A stretch of DNA of 64,000 nt from an uncultured delta proteobacterium (GCA_963790655.1 CAWBPT010000037.1:642-64641), one strand, 5' to 3'. Positions 9,494-19,555 are shown, numbered from the stretch's first letter. Numbers and translations are program-made. The notes: generated from the letters alone by a model not told the origin.

Positions 9494-10428
9494 CGACGAC
9501 TCCCAGCAAACTCCAGAAGATGATTGCCTCGGGCCACCTCGCGGTCACCTCGGAGGTGGGTCCGCCCAGGAGCGCCGACGGTCAGGTCATCGACCACAAG
9601 GCCAAACTGATCCAGGATTACGTGGACGCCATCAACGTCACCGACAATCAGACCTCGGTGTGCCGCCTGTGCAGCCTGGCCGCCTGCATCAAATTGAAGC
9701 TCCTGGGCCTGGAGCCGGTCTTGCAGATGGTGACCCGGGACCGGAACCGCATCGCGCTCCAGAGCGACATCCTGGGGGCCGCGTCCTTCGGGATCAACAA
9801 CATCCTCTGCCTCACCGGGGACCACCAGCACTTCGGCGACCATTCCAACTGCGCCAACGTCTTTGACCTGGACTCCACCCAACTGGCCATGACGGTCAGG
9901 ATGATGCGGGATGAAGGGAAACTCCTGGGCGGCTACGAATTCGAGGTGCGGCCCCAGATGTTTATCGGCGCGGCGGCCAACCCCTTCGCGGGCCCCAACG
10001 TGGAGCTGCGGGCGGCGCGCCTCGCCAAGAAGGTGGCCGCGGGCGTCCAGTTCGTCCAGACCCAGTGCATTTACAACATGGACACCTTCAAGACCTTCAT
10101 GAAGCTCTGCGTGGACCGGGGCCTCACTGAGAAGTGCGCCATCCTGGCGGGCATCACCCCCATGAAAAACGTGGGCATGGCCAGGTACATGCAAAAACGG
10201 GTGCCGGGCATCGATGTGCCCGATGCCATCGTCAAGCGCATGGGAGGCGTCCCCAAGGAAAAACAGGCCGAGGAAGGCATCAACCTGGCGGTGGAGCAGA
10301 TCGAGGAAATCAAGGAAATCCCGGGCATCAAAGGCTTCCACCTCATGGCCATCGAGTGGGAGGAAAAGGTGCCGGAAATCGTGGAACGCATCGGCTTGTA
10401 TCCCCGGCCCAAGCTCAACGGGGGCTAA
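9490..10428 (+). CDS. metF: Methylenetetrahydrofolate reductase
   Basis: MTHFR family motifs are present (SEVGPP, TDNQ, TRDRNR, LTGD). ATG 9490 overlaps the metV stop as ATGA. The longer 9433 start in the ORF track is an alternative-codon extension. Confidence 0.8.
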   Translation: MTTTPSKLQKMIASGHLAVTSEVGPPRSADGQVIDHKAKLIQDYVDAINVTDNQTSVCRLCSLAACIKLKLLGLEPVLQMVTRDRNRIALQSDILGAASFGINNILCLTGDHQHFGDHSNCANVFDLDSTQLAMTVRMMRDEGKLLGGYEFEVRPQMFIGAAANPFAGPNVELRAARLAKKVAAGVQFVQTQCIYNMDTFKTFMKLCVDRGLTEKCAILAGITPMKNVGMARYMQKRVPGIDVPDAIVKRMGGVPKEKQAEEGINLAVEQIEEIKEIPGIKGFHLMAIEWEEKVPEIVERIGLYPRPKLNGG

Positions 10429-10466
10429 TAGATTAACAAGTTGGGAAGACAGGAAAAATCTTTTTT

Positions 10467-10535
10467 GTCATTCTCCGCGCCGCGCAGAATCTCATGTTTA
10501 GAGATTCTGCGGTCGCTTCGCTCCCTCAGCATGAC
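10467..10535. repeat. Imperfect palindromic element with a perfect 10-bp stem (gcagaatctc/gagattctgc); possible terminator of the metF cluster
   Basis: gtcattctccgcgccgcgcagaatctc-atgttta-gagattctgcggtcgcttcgctccctcagcatgac. The outer arms gtcattct...cagcatgac are also partly complementary. Confidence 0.6.
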
Positions 10536-10643
10536 AGCTGGGCGCCACCATTCGCTGGGGCGATTTGCCGGCCTCAAGAGCCTTGTAATTTAAAGATTTT
10601 AAGTTCATAATGGATTTACGCTCATCTCGAAAGGGGAGGTCTC

Positions 10644-11024
10644 ATGTCGAAAAAGTACGTATTGATCGTTGACGACGATCCTGATCTGGTGGAAACCGTA
10701 TCCATGATGCTGGAAAGCAAGGGCTACGAGGTGGGGAAGGCCTACGACGGGATCGAAGGGGAAGAAGCCATAAAGAAACGCCGTCCGGACGTCTTGATCC
10801 TGGACGTGATGATGCCGCGGAAAAACGGTTACCAGCTGTGTAAGGAATTGAAATCCAACAAGTGGACCCAGGAGATCCCCATCGTGCTGCTCACCGCGGT
10901 AGGGGAGGCGGTGCCCACCACCACTTACAGCCACGCCGAAGGCATGGCCACCGAGGCGGAAGACTACATCCCCAAGCCGGTGGATGCCAAGACCCTGGTG
11001 GAGGCTGTGGAAAGATTACTCTAA
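10644..11024 (+). CDS. CheY-like response regulator (receiver only)
   Basis: LIVDDDPD..DVLILDVMMP..PIVLLTA..YIPKP are canonical REC motifs. GGGGAGG lies upstream of the ATG. Confidence 0.85.
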   Translation: MSKKYVLIVDDDPDLVETVSMMLESKGYEVGKAYDGIEGEEAIKKRRPDVLILDVMMPRKNGYQLCKELKSNKWTQEIPIVLLTAVGEAVPTTTYSHAEGMATEAEDYIPKPVDAKTLVEAVERLL

Positions 11025-11052
11025 AATTTCTTAGGCATGTGCCTGACCAACT

Positions 11053-12102
11053 TTGGACATCCAGAGGATCAGAATTGGGGGCCTTAAAGTCCTGGAGGGG
11101 GGCGCCTGCGTGGTGTCCTCCTCCCCCCGGGGCGAAGACCGCCTGGCGGCGCGGGTTGGCGCGCCCCTGGCCCAGAACAAGATCAACCTGACTTTCTTAA
11201 CCCACGTGGCCGGCGACCGGGAAGTCCTGTGCACTGCCGGCGAAGCCGGGGAAGCCGCCCTAACCCTTTTAAGAACCCACACCGACCCCGGCGGCGACGT
11301 GCATTTGCAGCCCGGCACCGCCATCTTGTCCCTCTATCCCCACGACAAGCGCCCCGAGATCATCGGCAATTTTATCCGCAGCCTGGCCCGGGCCCGGGTC
11401 ATCATCCACGGCCTGGCCAGTTCCCCTGCCGCCATCTCCGTGGTGCTCTCCTCCAGGCGGAAGAAGGCCGCGGTGCAGCAGTTGTTCGAGGATTTCCAGT
11501 TTTCCTCCTTCGCCTCCCCCAAAGAGTTTTTTGAGGCCCAGCCCCCGCCGAAAGAATATGTGGAAAAAGTAGTGGCCACCTACCAGGAAAAGACTATCAA
11601 GGTTTACTGGATCGTGCCGCAGCCGGACCTGGACCTCTGGGGCTTGAGTATTTCCTCGGCGGAGATCCTGGAAGGCCTGGCCAACGCCCTGATGGATCTG
11701 GCGGACCTGGGGTTGAAGGTCCCGTTTCTGGTGGCCATCCCCGGCTTGGGAGGCAAGGAATTCATCGTATCTTTCAGCACGGCCCGCCCCCCGGAGGCCG
11801 CGGACCAGGGCAACGAGGTGCGGCGCCTTCTAAAAAAGCAATTGCCCGAGGCCAGGCCCATGCGACTCACCCAGGTGGCAGGGATTTTCCTGCACGGCCC
11901 CCACTTCGGCGACCGCTACGGCATCGTCCATACCCTGCTGGAGGCCCTGGAACGGGCCCAGGTGCGTCTCCTGGCCTTGAGCTGCACCATCTCCTCCATC
12001 TCGTTGATTATCCGGCAGCAGGAACTGGCCGCGGCGCAACTGATTCTGGGAAAGACCTTCGAGGCCCCGGTGGAGTGCGCCCCCGTGGCGGCGAGCCGGT
12101 AA
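11053..12102 (+). CDS. Hypothetical protein with ACT-like repeats (aspartokinase C-terminal-like), no catalytic domain recognised
   Basis: Segments such as GTAILSLYPHDKRPEIIGNFIRSLARARVIIHGLASSPAAISVVL and VAGIFLHGPHFGDRYGIVHTLLEALERAQVRLLALSCTISSISLII resemble ACT domains. The TTG start is uncertain. Confidence 0.45.
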   Translation: MDIQRIRIGGLKVLEGGACVVSSSPRGEDRLAARVGAPLAQNKINLTFLTHVAGDREVLCTAGEAGEAALTLLRTHTDPGGDVHLQPGTAILSLYPHDKRPEIIGNFIRSLARARVIIHGLASSPAAISVVLSSRRKKAAVQQLFEDFQFSSFASPKEFFEAQPPPKEYVEKVVATYQEKTIKVYWIVPQPDLDLWGLSISSAEILEGLANALMDLADLGLKVPFLVAIPGLGGKEFIVSFSTARPPEAADQGNEVRRLLKKQLPEARPMRLTQVAGIFLHGPHFGDRYGIVHTLLEALERAQVRLLALSCTISSISLIIRQQELAAAQLILGKTFEAPVECAPVAASR

Positions 12103-12188
12103 GGGGAGAAAGATATGTTCAAGTATGGCTTTGGCAGCGGATGTTAGCGTTGTCTTCCAGAATACCTTACATTAAGAAATCGGCTTTT

Positions 12189-12296
12189 CCCCCTCCCCCT
12201 TGAGGGGGGAGGGTCAGGGTGGGGGTGATAATTTACATTATTATTCCGCGGTTTCGCCACCCTCCCCCCAACCCCCTCCCCTCAAGGGAGGGGGAG
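12189..12296. repeat. Inverted pair of G/C-run palindromic repeats (family A)
   Basis: ccccctcccccttgaggggggagggtcagggtgggggtg (12189..12227) and caccctccccccaaccccctcccctcaagggagggggag (12258..12296) are near reverse complements. Each also has its own internal stem (ccctccccc/gggggaggg). Confidence 0.8.
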
Positions 12297-12399
12297 TTTA
12301 AGGCCTCAGGATAATTAAAGATAACTGTGGGGCGATATTAAAGAATTCACAGTATCAGGGTGAACCGGGTCCACCGGTCTTTAGCGAAAATAACAGGCC

Positions 12400-14706
12400 A
12401 TGGCTCAAAAAAAGAACCCCAATCCGGCCGGACCGGAGCTTGCCGCCAAAGCCGAGGAAGCCCCTTTGCTGGCGGAGTGCTATGCCCCGCTGCTGGCCGA
12501 TTTTCCCGACCCGGTCTTGATTGCGGACAGCCACAAAAAGGTGGTCTACCTGAACCGGGCCGCCGCCAAGATCTTCGGGGAGGCCCTGCGGCTGGGGGAT
12601 TTATGCCCCATCTGTTCTCAGCTCACGGGCCTGCCCCTGAGTGTGGACGGCACGGTGCGCCGGGACCGCTGCCTGAAGCATGGCGAGAGCCTGAACCGGG
12701 CCCCCATCTTGTTGAATTCCCGCTGGTCCACCAGCGTCCCTCTGACGGTCACGGCCATCCCCATCAAGGGCCCGGAGGAAGAGCCGGCCGGCTGCTTTGT
12801 GGTGCTCAGGGAGCATGCGGATCTCTTGGCCCACCCGGTGGTGCAGCTGCAGATGGCGACGCTCTCCAGCATCCTGGAAAATTTCCCCATGCCCTTCTTC
12901 ATGGTGGACCCCGACCTGGTGCTCACCTACATCAACGACCGCATGGAGAAGCTCACCGGGTACTCCCGCAACGAGGTGGTGGGTCGCAAGACCTGCGGGG
13001 AAGTGCTCAACACCGTGCAGTGCCGAACCTGCGACTGCGTCCTGAAGCAGGTCATGGAGCACAAACGGCCCATTTCCGGGGTGCGGCGGGTGGTGCGGGA
13101 CCGCCAGGGGCGGGAAATCCCGGTGACGGTGTCGGCCTCCATCATCACCGACCCCTCGGGCCGGGTCATCGGCGGCTTCGAGGCCGTTCGGGACATCACG
13201 CCCATCATGGAGGCGGAAAGGAAGATCGATCTGCTCACCGAGCTAACCCAGGAAGGCATCCTGATGGTAGATGAGAATCAGCGCATCCTGTTTGCCAATT
13301 CCAGGATGGCGGAAATCGTCGGCCGAACGAAGGAAGAGTTGAAGGGCAAGGAGATAGGCGAGATCCTCTCACCCCAGCATCATCGAATGGCGGCGGAGTT
13401 GGCCCGCCTGGTGGAGGAGGGCCACCAGGAGGAATCGCAATTTTGCAGTACTCTGGACCGGCCGGATTCGGAAGGTGAGAGCCGCGTCTTCGAGACCTGC
13501 ATGGCGGCTTCCCGGATTGGGAAAACCATTCTCACCTGTCTTTACCTCCGTGACCTGACCTATCGCATCAAGATCCACGACCAACTGCAAAAAACCAACA
13601 CTTTTCTTAATAACATCATCCGCTGCTCGGTGGATGGCATCGTGGTGATTGACACCAAAGGGAGTCCCCTGATCTTCAGTGAGGGAGCCGAGCGCATCCT
13701 GGGTTATTCGTCCGGCGAAATCATCGCCAACAAAGAAGGTTTCCGCCGGTTTTACCCTATCGAATTAGCCAGAGAGATGAAGCGCCGGATGCTCAGCGAC
13801 GAATACGGCCCCCCGGACCGACTGAATACCACGCAGATCAACTTTTATAATAAAAATGGGGAAGAAATTCCGGTCAACTTTTCCGCGGCCATTATCCGGG
13901 AGAAGGGGCGCGAGGTTGGCAGCGTCGGCATTTTCTCAGACCTGCGTGAACATCTGAAAATGCGCAAGGCACTGGAAGAAAGCCGTATTCAACTTATACA
14001 GGCTGAAAAGATTGCCTCCCTCGGGCAGCTGGCCGCCGGGGTAGCCCATGAAATCAATAATCCCCTGGCCGGCATCCTCATTTATGCTGAAATATTGCAG
14101 CGGGATATGGAGGAGGAGGATATAGGCCGTCAGCATGTGGAGGAAATCATCAACCAAACCCTGCGTTGCAAAGACATTGTCACCCGCCTGCTGGAATTCA
14201 GCCGACAGTCTGTGGGGCAAAAAACACTTATAGATCTGAACGATATTATCTCGCGTTGTGAGAAACTTATTGGCAACCAGGTTCTTTTCCACAATATCGA
14301 GATCAAACTGGCTCTTAACTCCGACCTGCCCCAGATTTTTGCTGATCCAGGCGAACTCCAGCAGGTTTTTACCAATCTATTTCTCAATGCCGCAGACGCC
14401 ATGAAGGGACGGGGCACGATCACCATTACCAGCCGTACTGCCCCTAAGAGAGATGGGGTGATCATTACTTTTACGGATACCGGCGGTGGCATTCCACCGG
14501 AACTCCGGGATAAAATCTTTGAGCCCTTTTTTACTACCAAACCTCCAGGTAAAGGCACCGGCCTGGGTCTCTCCATTGTCTACGGGGTCATTCAACGACA
14601 TGGCGGAAGTATCGAGGTGGAGAGCCCGCCCGGTGGCGGCACTACTTTTACCATTCGACTGCCCCTGGATTCTAAGGAAATCCAGGAGTATATGGGGTCA
14701 GGATAG
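12400..14706 (+). CDS. Multi-PAS sensor histidine kinase
   Basis: Several PAS-like segments, a HisKA box ([12 protein letters not shown]) and HATPase_c boxes ([28 protein letters not shown]). Confidence 0.85.
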   Translation: MAQKKNPNPAGPELAAKAEEAPLLAECYAPLLADFPDPVLIADSHKKVVYLNRAAAKIFGEALRLGDLCPICSQLTGLPLSVDGTVRRDRCLKHGESLNRAPILLNSRWSTSVPLTVTAIPIKGPEEEPAGCFVVLREHADLLAHPVVQLQMATLSSILENFPMPFFMVDPDLVLTYINDRMEKLTGYSRNEVVGRKTCGEVLNTVQCRTCDCVLKQVMEHKRPISGVRRVVRDRQGREIPVTVSASIITDPSGRVIGGFEAVRDITPIMEAERKIDLLTELTQEGILMVDENQRILFANSRMAEIVGRTKEELKGKEIGEILSPQHHRMAAELARLVEEGHQEESQFCSTLDRPDSEGESRVFETCMAASRIGKTILTCLYLRDLTYRIKIHDQLQKTNTFLNNIIRCSVDGIVVIDTKGSPLIFSEGAERILGYSSGEIIANKEGFRRFYPIELAREMKRRMLSDEYGPPDRLNTTQINFYNKNGEEIPVNFSAAIIREKGREVGSVGIFSDLREHLKMRKALEESRIQLIQAEKIASLGQLAAGVAHEINNPLAGILIYAEILQRDMEEEDIGRQHVEEIINQTLRCKDIVTRLLEFSRQSVGQKTLIDLNDIISRCEKLIGNQVLFHNIEIKLALNSDLPQIFADPGELQQVFTNLFLNAADAMKGRGTITITSRTAPKRDGVIITFTDTGGGIPPELRDKIFEPFFTTKPPGKGTGLGLSIVYGVIQRHGGSIEVESPPGGGTTFTIRLPLDSKEIQEYMGSG

Positions 14707-14810
14707 GTTTGTCATGCAATCAGCCGTTAGCAATCAGGCCTCAGCGCAATAGCTCAGATCAAGGATCCCCTAAAGCTGACTGCTGATCGCTTATCAAAAG
14801 GTAAAATATA

Positions 14811-16286
14811 ATGGACCAGCACACGATATTAGTGGTGGACGACGAACAGGTGCTTCGAGATGGCTGTACCCTAATTCTCAAGCCTAAAGGCTACCGAGTG
14901 CTAACCGCCGCCAACGGCAAGCAAGCCATGGCAGTGCTGGCCGCGGCACCCGTCAATGTGATCCTCTGCGACTTGAAGATGCCCGTGATGGGCGCCCTGG
15001 AGGTCCTGGAGGAGACCTCCGTCCGCTTCCCCGACATCCCGGTGATCATCATGACCGGTCTCGGCACCGTGGCCGACGCAGTGGAGTGTATGAAAAAGGG
15101 GGCTTACGACTTTGTCACCAAGCCCTTCAGCATCGATCACCTCACCATGGTGGTCAAACGCGCCCTGGACAAGCAGCTCCTGGAAAAACGCACCCGCCAA
15201 CTTCAGGAAGAGCAAGCCAGAAATCTTTATAACCTGGCCATGGAGCAGAGCCGGTTGCTCGCGGTGGTCAACTGCATGGGGGACGGAGTGCTGGTGACCA
15301 ACCGGGAATCTGAAGTAGTCCTGTGCAACGCGGCGCTTAAACAACTGCTGGGACTCTCCCATCCCTTGCCCCAGCCCGGACCTCTTAAAGATTACCTGGG
15401 GGAAGAGACTTTTCAAAAAGCCGTTCAAACCTTGCTCGCCGACGCGGCGCGGGAACCGGGAAAGTGCATCTCCCAGGAGCTGAGTAAAGGCCGGCTGCAT
15501 CTCAGGTATCTCTCGGCGCCGTTCTTCGGGCCGGATCAGCAAGTACTGGGCACGGTTACGGTTTTTCATGATATAACTTTCTTTAAAGAACTGGATGAAA
15601 TGAAAAACGACTTCGTGCGCATGGTGTCCCACGAATTGCGCTCCCCCCTGGCGGCCATCAAGCAGCAGCACGCCGTGATCCTGGACGGCCTGGCCGGGGA
15701 TCTCACGGAGAAGCAGAAAGAATTGTTGACCCGGGCCCATGGCAAGATCCAGGGTTTGCTGGACCTGATCAACGATCTTCTGGACCTCGCCAAGATGGAG
15801 GCCGGACATGGCCAGTTGGAGCAGGTCCCCCTGGCCCTGGGAGAAGTGCTGACCGACGTGGTGGAGCTTTTGCGGGCCAAGGCGGAAGGGCAAGGGGTCA
15901 CCCTGAAGCTGGAGCTTCCCGGGGATCTGCCCCTCATCCGGGCCGACCGCCGCAGCATGGAAGAAGTCTTCACCAACCTGGTGGCCAACGCGGTCAACTA
16001 CTCTCCGGACGGGGGCGACGTCCAGGTTGCGGCGTTGTCCCACGGGGACTACGTGGAAGTTCGGGTGGCCGACCACGGTATCGGCATCGAACCGGGGGAG
16101 GTCGCCAAAATATTTGACAAATTCTACCGGGTGAAACATCCTAAGACCCGGCAGGTCATCGGCACCGGCCTGGGTTTGTCCCTGGTCAAGGGCCTCATTG
16201 AGGCCCACCGCGGCTCCGTGGAAGTGGAGAGCCAGGTGGGGGTGGGCTCCACCTTCCGGGTCTTTCTTCCCATAGCTCCTGGTTGA
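14811..16286 (+). CDS. Hybrid response regulator / histidine kinase (REC-PAS-HisKA-HATPase)
   Basis: ILVVDDEQ..VILCDLKMP..KP receiver, then FVRMVSHELRSPL (H box) and NLVANAVNYS, DHGIGI, GTGLGLSLV. Confidence 0.85.
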   Translation: MDQHTILVVDDEQVLRDGCTLILKPKGYRVLTAANGKQAMAVLAAAPVNVILCDLKMPVMGALEVLEETSVRFPDIPVIIMTGLGTVADAVECMKKGAYDFVTKPFSIDHLTMVVKRALDKQLLEKRTRQLQEEQARNLYNLAMEQSRLLAVVNCMGDGVLVTNRESEVVLCNAALKQLLGLSHPLPQPGPLKDYLGEETFQKAVQTLLADAAREPGKCISQELSKGRLHLRYLSAPFFGPDQQVLGTVTVFHDITFFKELDEMKNDFVRMVSHELRSPLAAIKQQHAVILDGLAGDLTEKQKELLTRAHGKIQGLLDLINDLLDLAKMEAGHGQLEQVPLALGEVLTDVVELLRAKAEGQGVTLKLELPGDLPLIRADRRSMEEVFTNLVANAVNYSPDGGDVQVAALSHGDYVEVRVADHGIGIEPGEVAKIFDKFYRVKHPKTRQVIGTGLGLSLVKGLIEAHRGSVEVESQVGVGSTFRVFLPIAPG

Positions 16287-16293
16287 AAGGGGT

Positions 16294-17667
16294 TTGATGC
16301 AGGAAAGCGATATAAGCCGCCAAATCCTGGTGGTGGATGACGAAGAAGCGGTGCGCAGCGGCATTGCCCAGGTTTTATCCCGGCGGGACCTGTCGGTGGC
16401 CACCGCCGCCAGCGCCGGTGAAGCCCTGGAGATCCTGGCCCGGCACTCCTTCGCCATCATCCTTCTGGACATCAAGCTCCCCGACATCGACGGCATCGAG
16501 TTCCTGAGGCTGCTCCGCCAAGACTTCCCGGAAACCGAGATCATCATGATCACCGGCTACCCCACCATCCAGGGGGCCGTGGAAAGCATCAAACTGGGGG
16601 CCCTGGACTACCTGGTGAAGCCTTTTCGCATTGACGAACTGGAAACCGTGGTGGAGAAGGCCCGGGAGCACCTCAGTCAAAAATCCCGGCACAAGCGGCC
16701 CGAGGCCGAAGAAACCGGGGACCTGGGCCTGGATTTCATCATCGGTGAGAGCCCGCCCATGCAGCACCTTTACGCCAAGATCCGGCGGGCCGCCCCCAGC
16801 GACAGCACCGTGCTCTTGACCGGCGAGTCCGGCACCGGCAAGGAACTGGTGGCCCGGGCCATTCACCTCTTAAGCCCCCGCAAGGACAACGAGTTCGTGG
16901 CGGTGGACTGCTCGGCCCTGGTGGAGACCCTGCTGGAAAGCGAACTCTTCGGCCACGTCAAGGGCTCCTTCACCGGGGCGCTGCAGACCAAGCACGGGCT
17001 CTTCGAACTGGCCAATCACGGCACCTTTTTCTTTGACGAGATCACCAACCTCAGCCTCAACATCCAGGCCAAGCTCCTCCGGGTCATCCAGGAACGGGAA
17101 TTCATGAAGGTGGGGAGCCAGAAGCGCATCAAGCTGGACATCCGCATCATCGCCTCGTCCAACCGGGATCTGCAAGAAGCCATCAAGGCCGGCACCTTCC
17201 GGGAGGACCTGTTCTACCGCTTGAGCGTCATCCCCATCCACCTGCCCCCCTTGCGGGAGCGCACCGGGGACATCCCGCTCCTGGTGGAGCATTTTCTGAA
17301 GAAGTACAGTGAGAAAGGCAACCGGGAAGTCACGGGGATCTTCCCCAAGGCCATGAAGCTCTTAGAGGCCTATTCCTGGCCGGGGAACGTCCGGGAGCTG
17401 GAGCACACCATCGAGCGCATCGTCATCCTGGAAGACGGCGAGGTCATCCAGCCGGAGCACCTGCCCAGCTTCATCATCCAGAGGCAGGGGGAGTTCCAGG
17501 TGTTTTCCGAGGAAAACTTCACCCTGGAGGAGCTGGAGAAGCGTTACATCCAGTTCATCCTGCGGCGCACCCGGGGCCGGCGGCAGGACGCGGCCCGCAT
17601 CCTGGGCATTAACCGTAAGACCTTGAGCCACAAGATCGAAAAGTTTAATTTGCAGGTGAACTTTTAA
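16294..17667 (+). CDS. Sigma-54-dependent response regulator (NtrC family)
   Basis: REC domain, AAA+ Walker A (GESGTGKE), the sigma-54 contact motif in the form GSFTGA, and a C-terminal Fis-type HTH ([19 protein letters not shown]). Confidence 0.9.
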   Translation: MMQESDISRQILVVDDEEAVRSGIAQVLSRRDLSVATAASAGEALEILARHSFAIILLDIKLPDIDGIEFLRLLRQDFPETEIIMITGYPTIQGAVESIKLGALDYLVKPFRIDELETVVEKAREHLSQKSRHKRPEAEETGDLGLDFIIGESPPMQHLYAKIRRAAPSDSTVLLTGESGTGKELVARAIHLLSPRKDNEFVAVDCSALVETLLESELFGHVKGSFTGALQTKHGLFELANHGTFFFDEITNLSLNIQAKLLRVIQEREFMKVGSQKRIKLDIRIIASSNRDLQEAIKAGTFREDLFYRLSVIPIHLPPLRERTGDIPLLVEHFLKKYSEKGNREVTGIFPKAMKLLEAYSWPGNVRELEHTIERIVILEDGEVIQPEHLPSFIIQRQGEFQVFSEENFTLEELEKRYIQFILRRTRGRRQDAARILGINRKTLSHKIEKFNLQVNF

Positions 17668-17718
17668 TACCGTTTTGGTTTTTTGGGTAAGAAATGGTCC
17701 ATCGCCGCGGGGGATGTA

Positions 17719-17740
17719 AGGGCGTGATTGATCACACCCT
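17719..17740. repeat. GC-rich hairpin (family C): agggcgtgat-tg-atcacaccct
   Basis: 9 of 10 stem positions pair. It is closely similar to the hairpin at 40885..40904. Confidence 0.6.
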
Positions 17741-17897
17741 TGCGGGCGCAAGAAATTGCGAGGTCAACTTTAATACCGGGTGCGCTCATACAGGTAATTT
17801 ATCTTTTGTAGCGACCCAGGTGTCCGCCCTGGATTTAAGGCCCACGCCCCAATAGGCAAGAGCTTTACTTACCTCTATATGCTGAATTGCAAAAAAT

Positions 17898-17920
17898 AGG
17901 GCGGGGTTGAAACCCGCCCT
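17898..17920. terminator. Bidirectional rho-independent terminator-like hairpin
   Basis: agggcggg-gttgaaa-cccgccct is flanked by aaaaaat on the left and tatattttt on the right. It lies between convergent genes (the sigma-54 regulator and DUF169). Confidence 0.7.
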
Positions 17921-17955
17921 TATATTTTTGGTTTACCTCAGGCCCCTAGCTAAAT

Positions 17956-18693
17956 TTACTTTTCGCCGGCCCGGGCCTTCTTGAGCATGGCGATGGGTTT
18001 GGCCATGTCCAACACATGGGTGTGAATCATCGCCACGGTGTTCCCGGGGGTCCCCATCATGAGATGGCAGGGGTCTAAACCGGATTTCAGGCGGCAACCC
18101 AGCCCCAGAAAGGTGACGTCGGGCACGTCCTGAAGCAGGGGAAGGGCGGTGATATCGGCGCAGCCCCCCAAAGCCCCGCCCGATTGCGGCAGTTCCATCC
18201 TGCCCCCCTTGTCGTAATTTACCGCATAGAGGAGCCACATAACCTGCTCGCTGTTGGCCGTGAAGACCACCACCTGGGGAAGCTCCTCAAAGGCGGACAG
18301 AGGCGCAATGAACGCCGCCCGGGTCTTGCCTTTTTCCAGGTAGGTGGATTGGAGAATGGTGGCGGCGGCCGCTTCTTCCGAGCCATAAAGCCCCACGCCA
18401 TATTTTTCCAACACCCCGTCATCCAGAAACGCCTCCCGGTCTTTTTCGAACCCCAGCACCGAGGTTCCCAGCTTGCAGCCCAGTTGCTCGCCCTTGAGGA
18501 GCAGGGTTCTGCCTTCCCCGGCCAGCACCAGGGCCTGGCAATAACTTTTAAAATTCCCCGGGGTAAAGGCAAGGTGCGAGGGGATGGGGTCGGTTTCTGC
18601 GTAAAGGGTGACTCCCACGGGTTCATAGCGCAACTCCAGGCTGGCCGTCAGGTCCCGGGAAATGGTCTTGAAGTCAATCATTAAGGGCTCCAT
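17956..18693 (-). CDS. DUF169 family protein
   Basis: The ELRYEPVGVTLY..FKSYCQAL..CKLG..pattern is typical of DUF169 (COG2043). The internal Met at 18693 or 18681 (GGAG upstream) is preferred over the 18786 start in the ORF track. Confidence 0.6.
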   Translation of the reverse strand: MEPLMIDFKTISRDLTASLELRYEPVGVTLYAETDPIPSHLAFTPGNFKSYCQALVLAGEGRTLLLKGEQLGCKLGTSVLGFEKDREAFLDDGVLEKYGVGLYGSEEAAAATILQSTYLEKGKTRAAFIAPLSAFEELPQVVVFTANSEQVMWLLYAVNYDKGGRMELPQSGGALGGCADITALPLLQDVPDVTFLGLGCRLKSGLDPCHLMMGTPGNTVAMIHTHVLDMAKPIAMLKKARAGEK

Positions 18694-18929
18694 TATCTCT
18701 GGTGGTTTGAGGGTTATGAATTTTTTAGCACAGATTCCCCTTCCCGGCAACGGTCCCGAAGCCTTGGAGATTAGGGAAAGGGCCATCTTAACATAACGCC
18801 GGACCCTGACATCTAATCTTGCAAGAATGGCGGATGACGCGGCCTATACTCCAGAGGCGGTGTCCTCTATCGCCAGGAAATTGAGGCTGGGAGGCGCTTC
18901 TTGACCTTCTCAAATCTTTCAGGAGGATA

Positions 18930-19274
18930 ATGGCAATGCGGAAATGGACCAAGAACGCCATGGTGGCTCTGCTCGCGGGCTCTCTCTCGCTGGGTAGCCT
19001 GCCCTCCCTGGCGCAGACGACCAACAGCCCCGGCATCGACGCCCGGGAAGCCAACCAGCAGAGGCGCATTATGCAAGGGGTGGAATCCGGGCAAGTCACC
19101 CCCAAGGAGTTCAACCACCTGGAAAAACAGCAGGCACGCACCCAGGCAATGGAGGCCAGGATGAAGGCCGACGGCAATCTGACCCCCCGGGAGCGAGCCA
19201 GGCTCAACAAACGGCTGGACAAGACCAGCCGCAAAGTCTACCGGGCCAAACATAATGACAAGACGGTGAACTGA
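18930..19274 (+). CDS. Small secreted protein with two (V/L)TP(K/R)E motifs (CpxP/Spy-like LTxxQ flavour)
   Basis: AGGAGG lies upstream of the ATG. The signal peptide ends ..LPSLAQT, and the mature part is highly charged. Confidence 0.55.
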   Translation: MAMRKWTKNAMVALLAGSLSLGSLPSLAQTTNSPGIDAREANQQRRIMQGVESGQVTPKEFNHLEKQQARTQAMEARMKADGNLTPRERARLNKRLDKTSRKVYRAKHNDKTVN

Positions 19275-19468
19275 CTTTTTGCCGGGGCGCCTCCCCGGGT
19301 GCGCCTTGCCGAATTTTTTTTCCGGCCTGCTCTGCTACGCTGACGGAGGAGGCCTTTTATTTTTCTGCCCGTGTTTCCCCGCATTTGTTCCGAGGTATTT
19401 CCATCTTGGTATTTCCAGGTTTAATGCTTAATAATAAAAAGTAATACCTCTGCGAAAATCTAAATGTA

Positions 19469-19490
19469 GGATAGCCGCCCTCGGCTATCC
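19469..19490. repeat. Perfect 9-bp hairpin ggatagccg-ccct-cggctatcc upstream of adh
   Basis: Read directly from the sequence; the function is unknown. Confidence 0.5.
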
Positions 19491-19555
19491 ATACGTCATC
19501 TAGGCGCAGGCGAGACGGCAACTTTGTCTAAAAAATCAAGCCCGGGAGCGTGAAG

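Noticed and set aside
12115-12147. A 10-codon micro-ORF (MFKYGFGSGC) with GGGGAG upstream, right after the stop of the ACT-repeat gene.
   Set aside because: It is too short to evaluate, there is no associated maturation or export gene nearby, and such an ORF is easily produced by chance. It is noted only in case comparative data show conservation.
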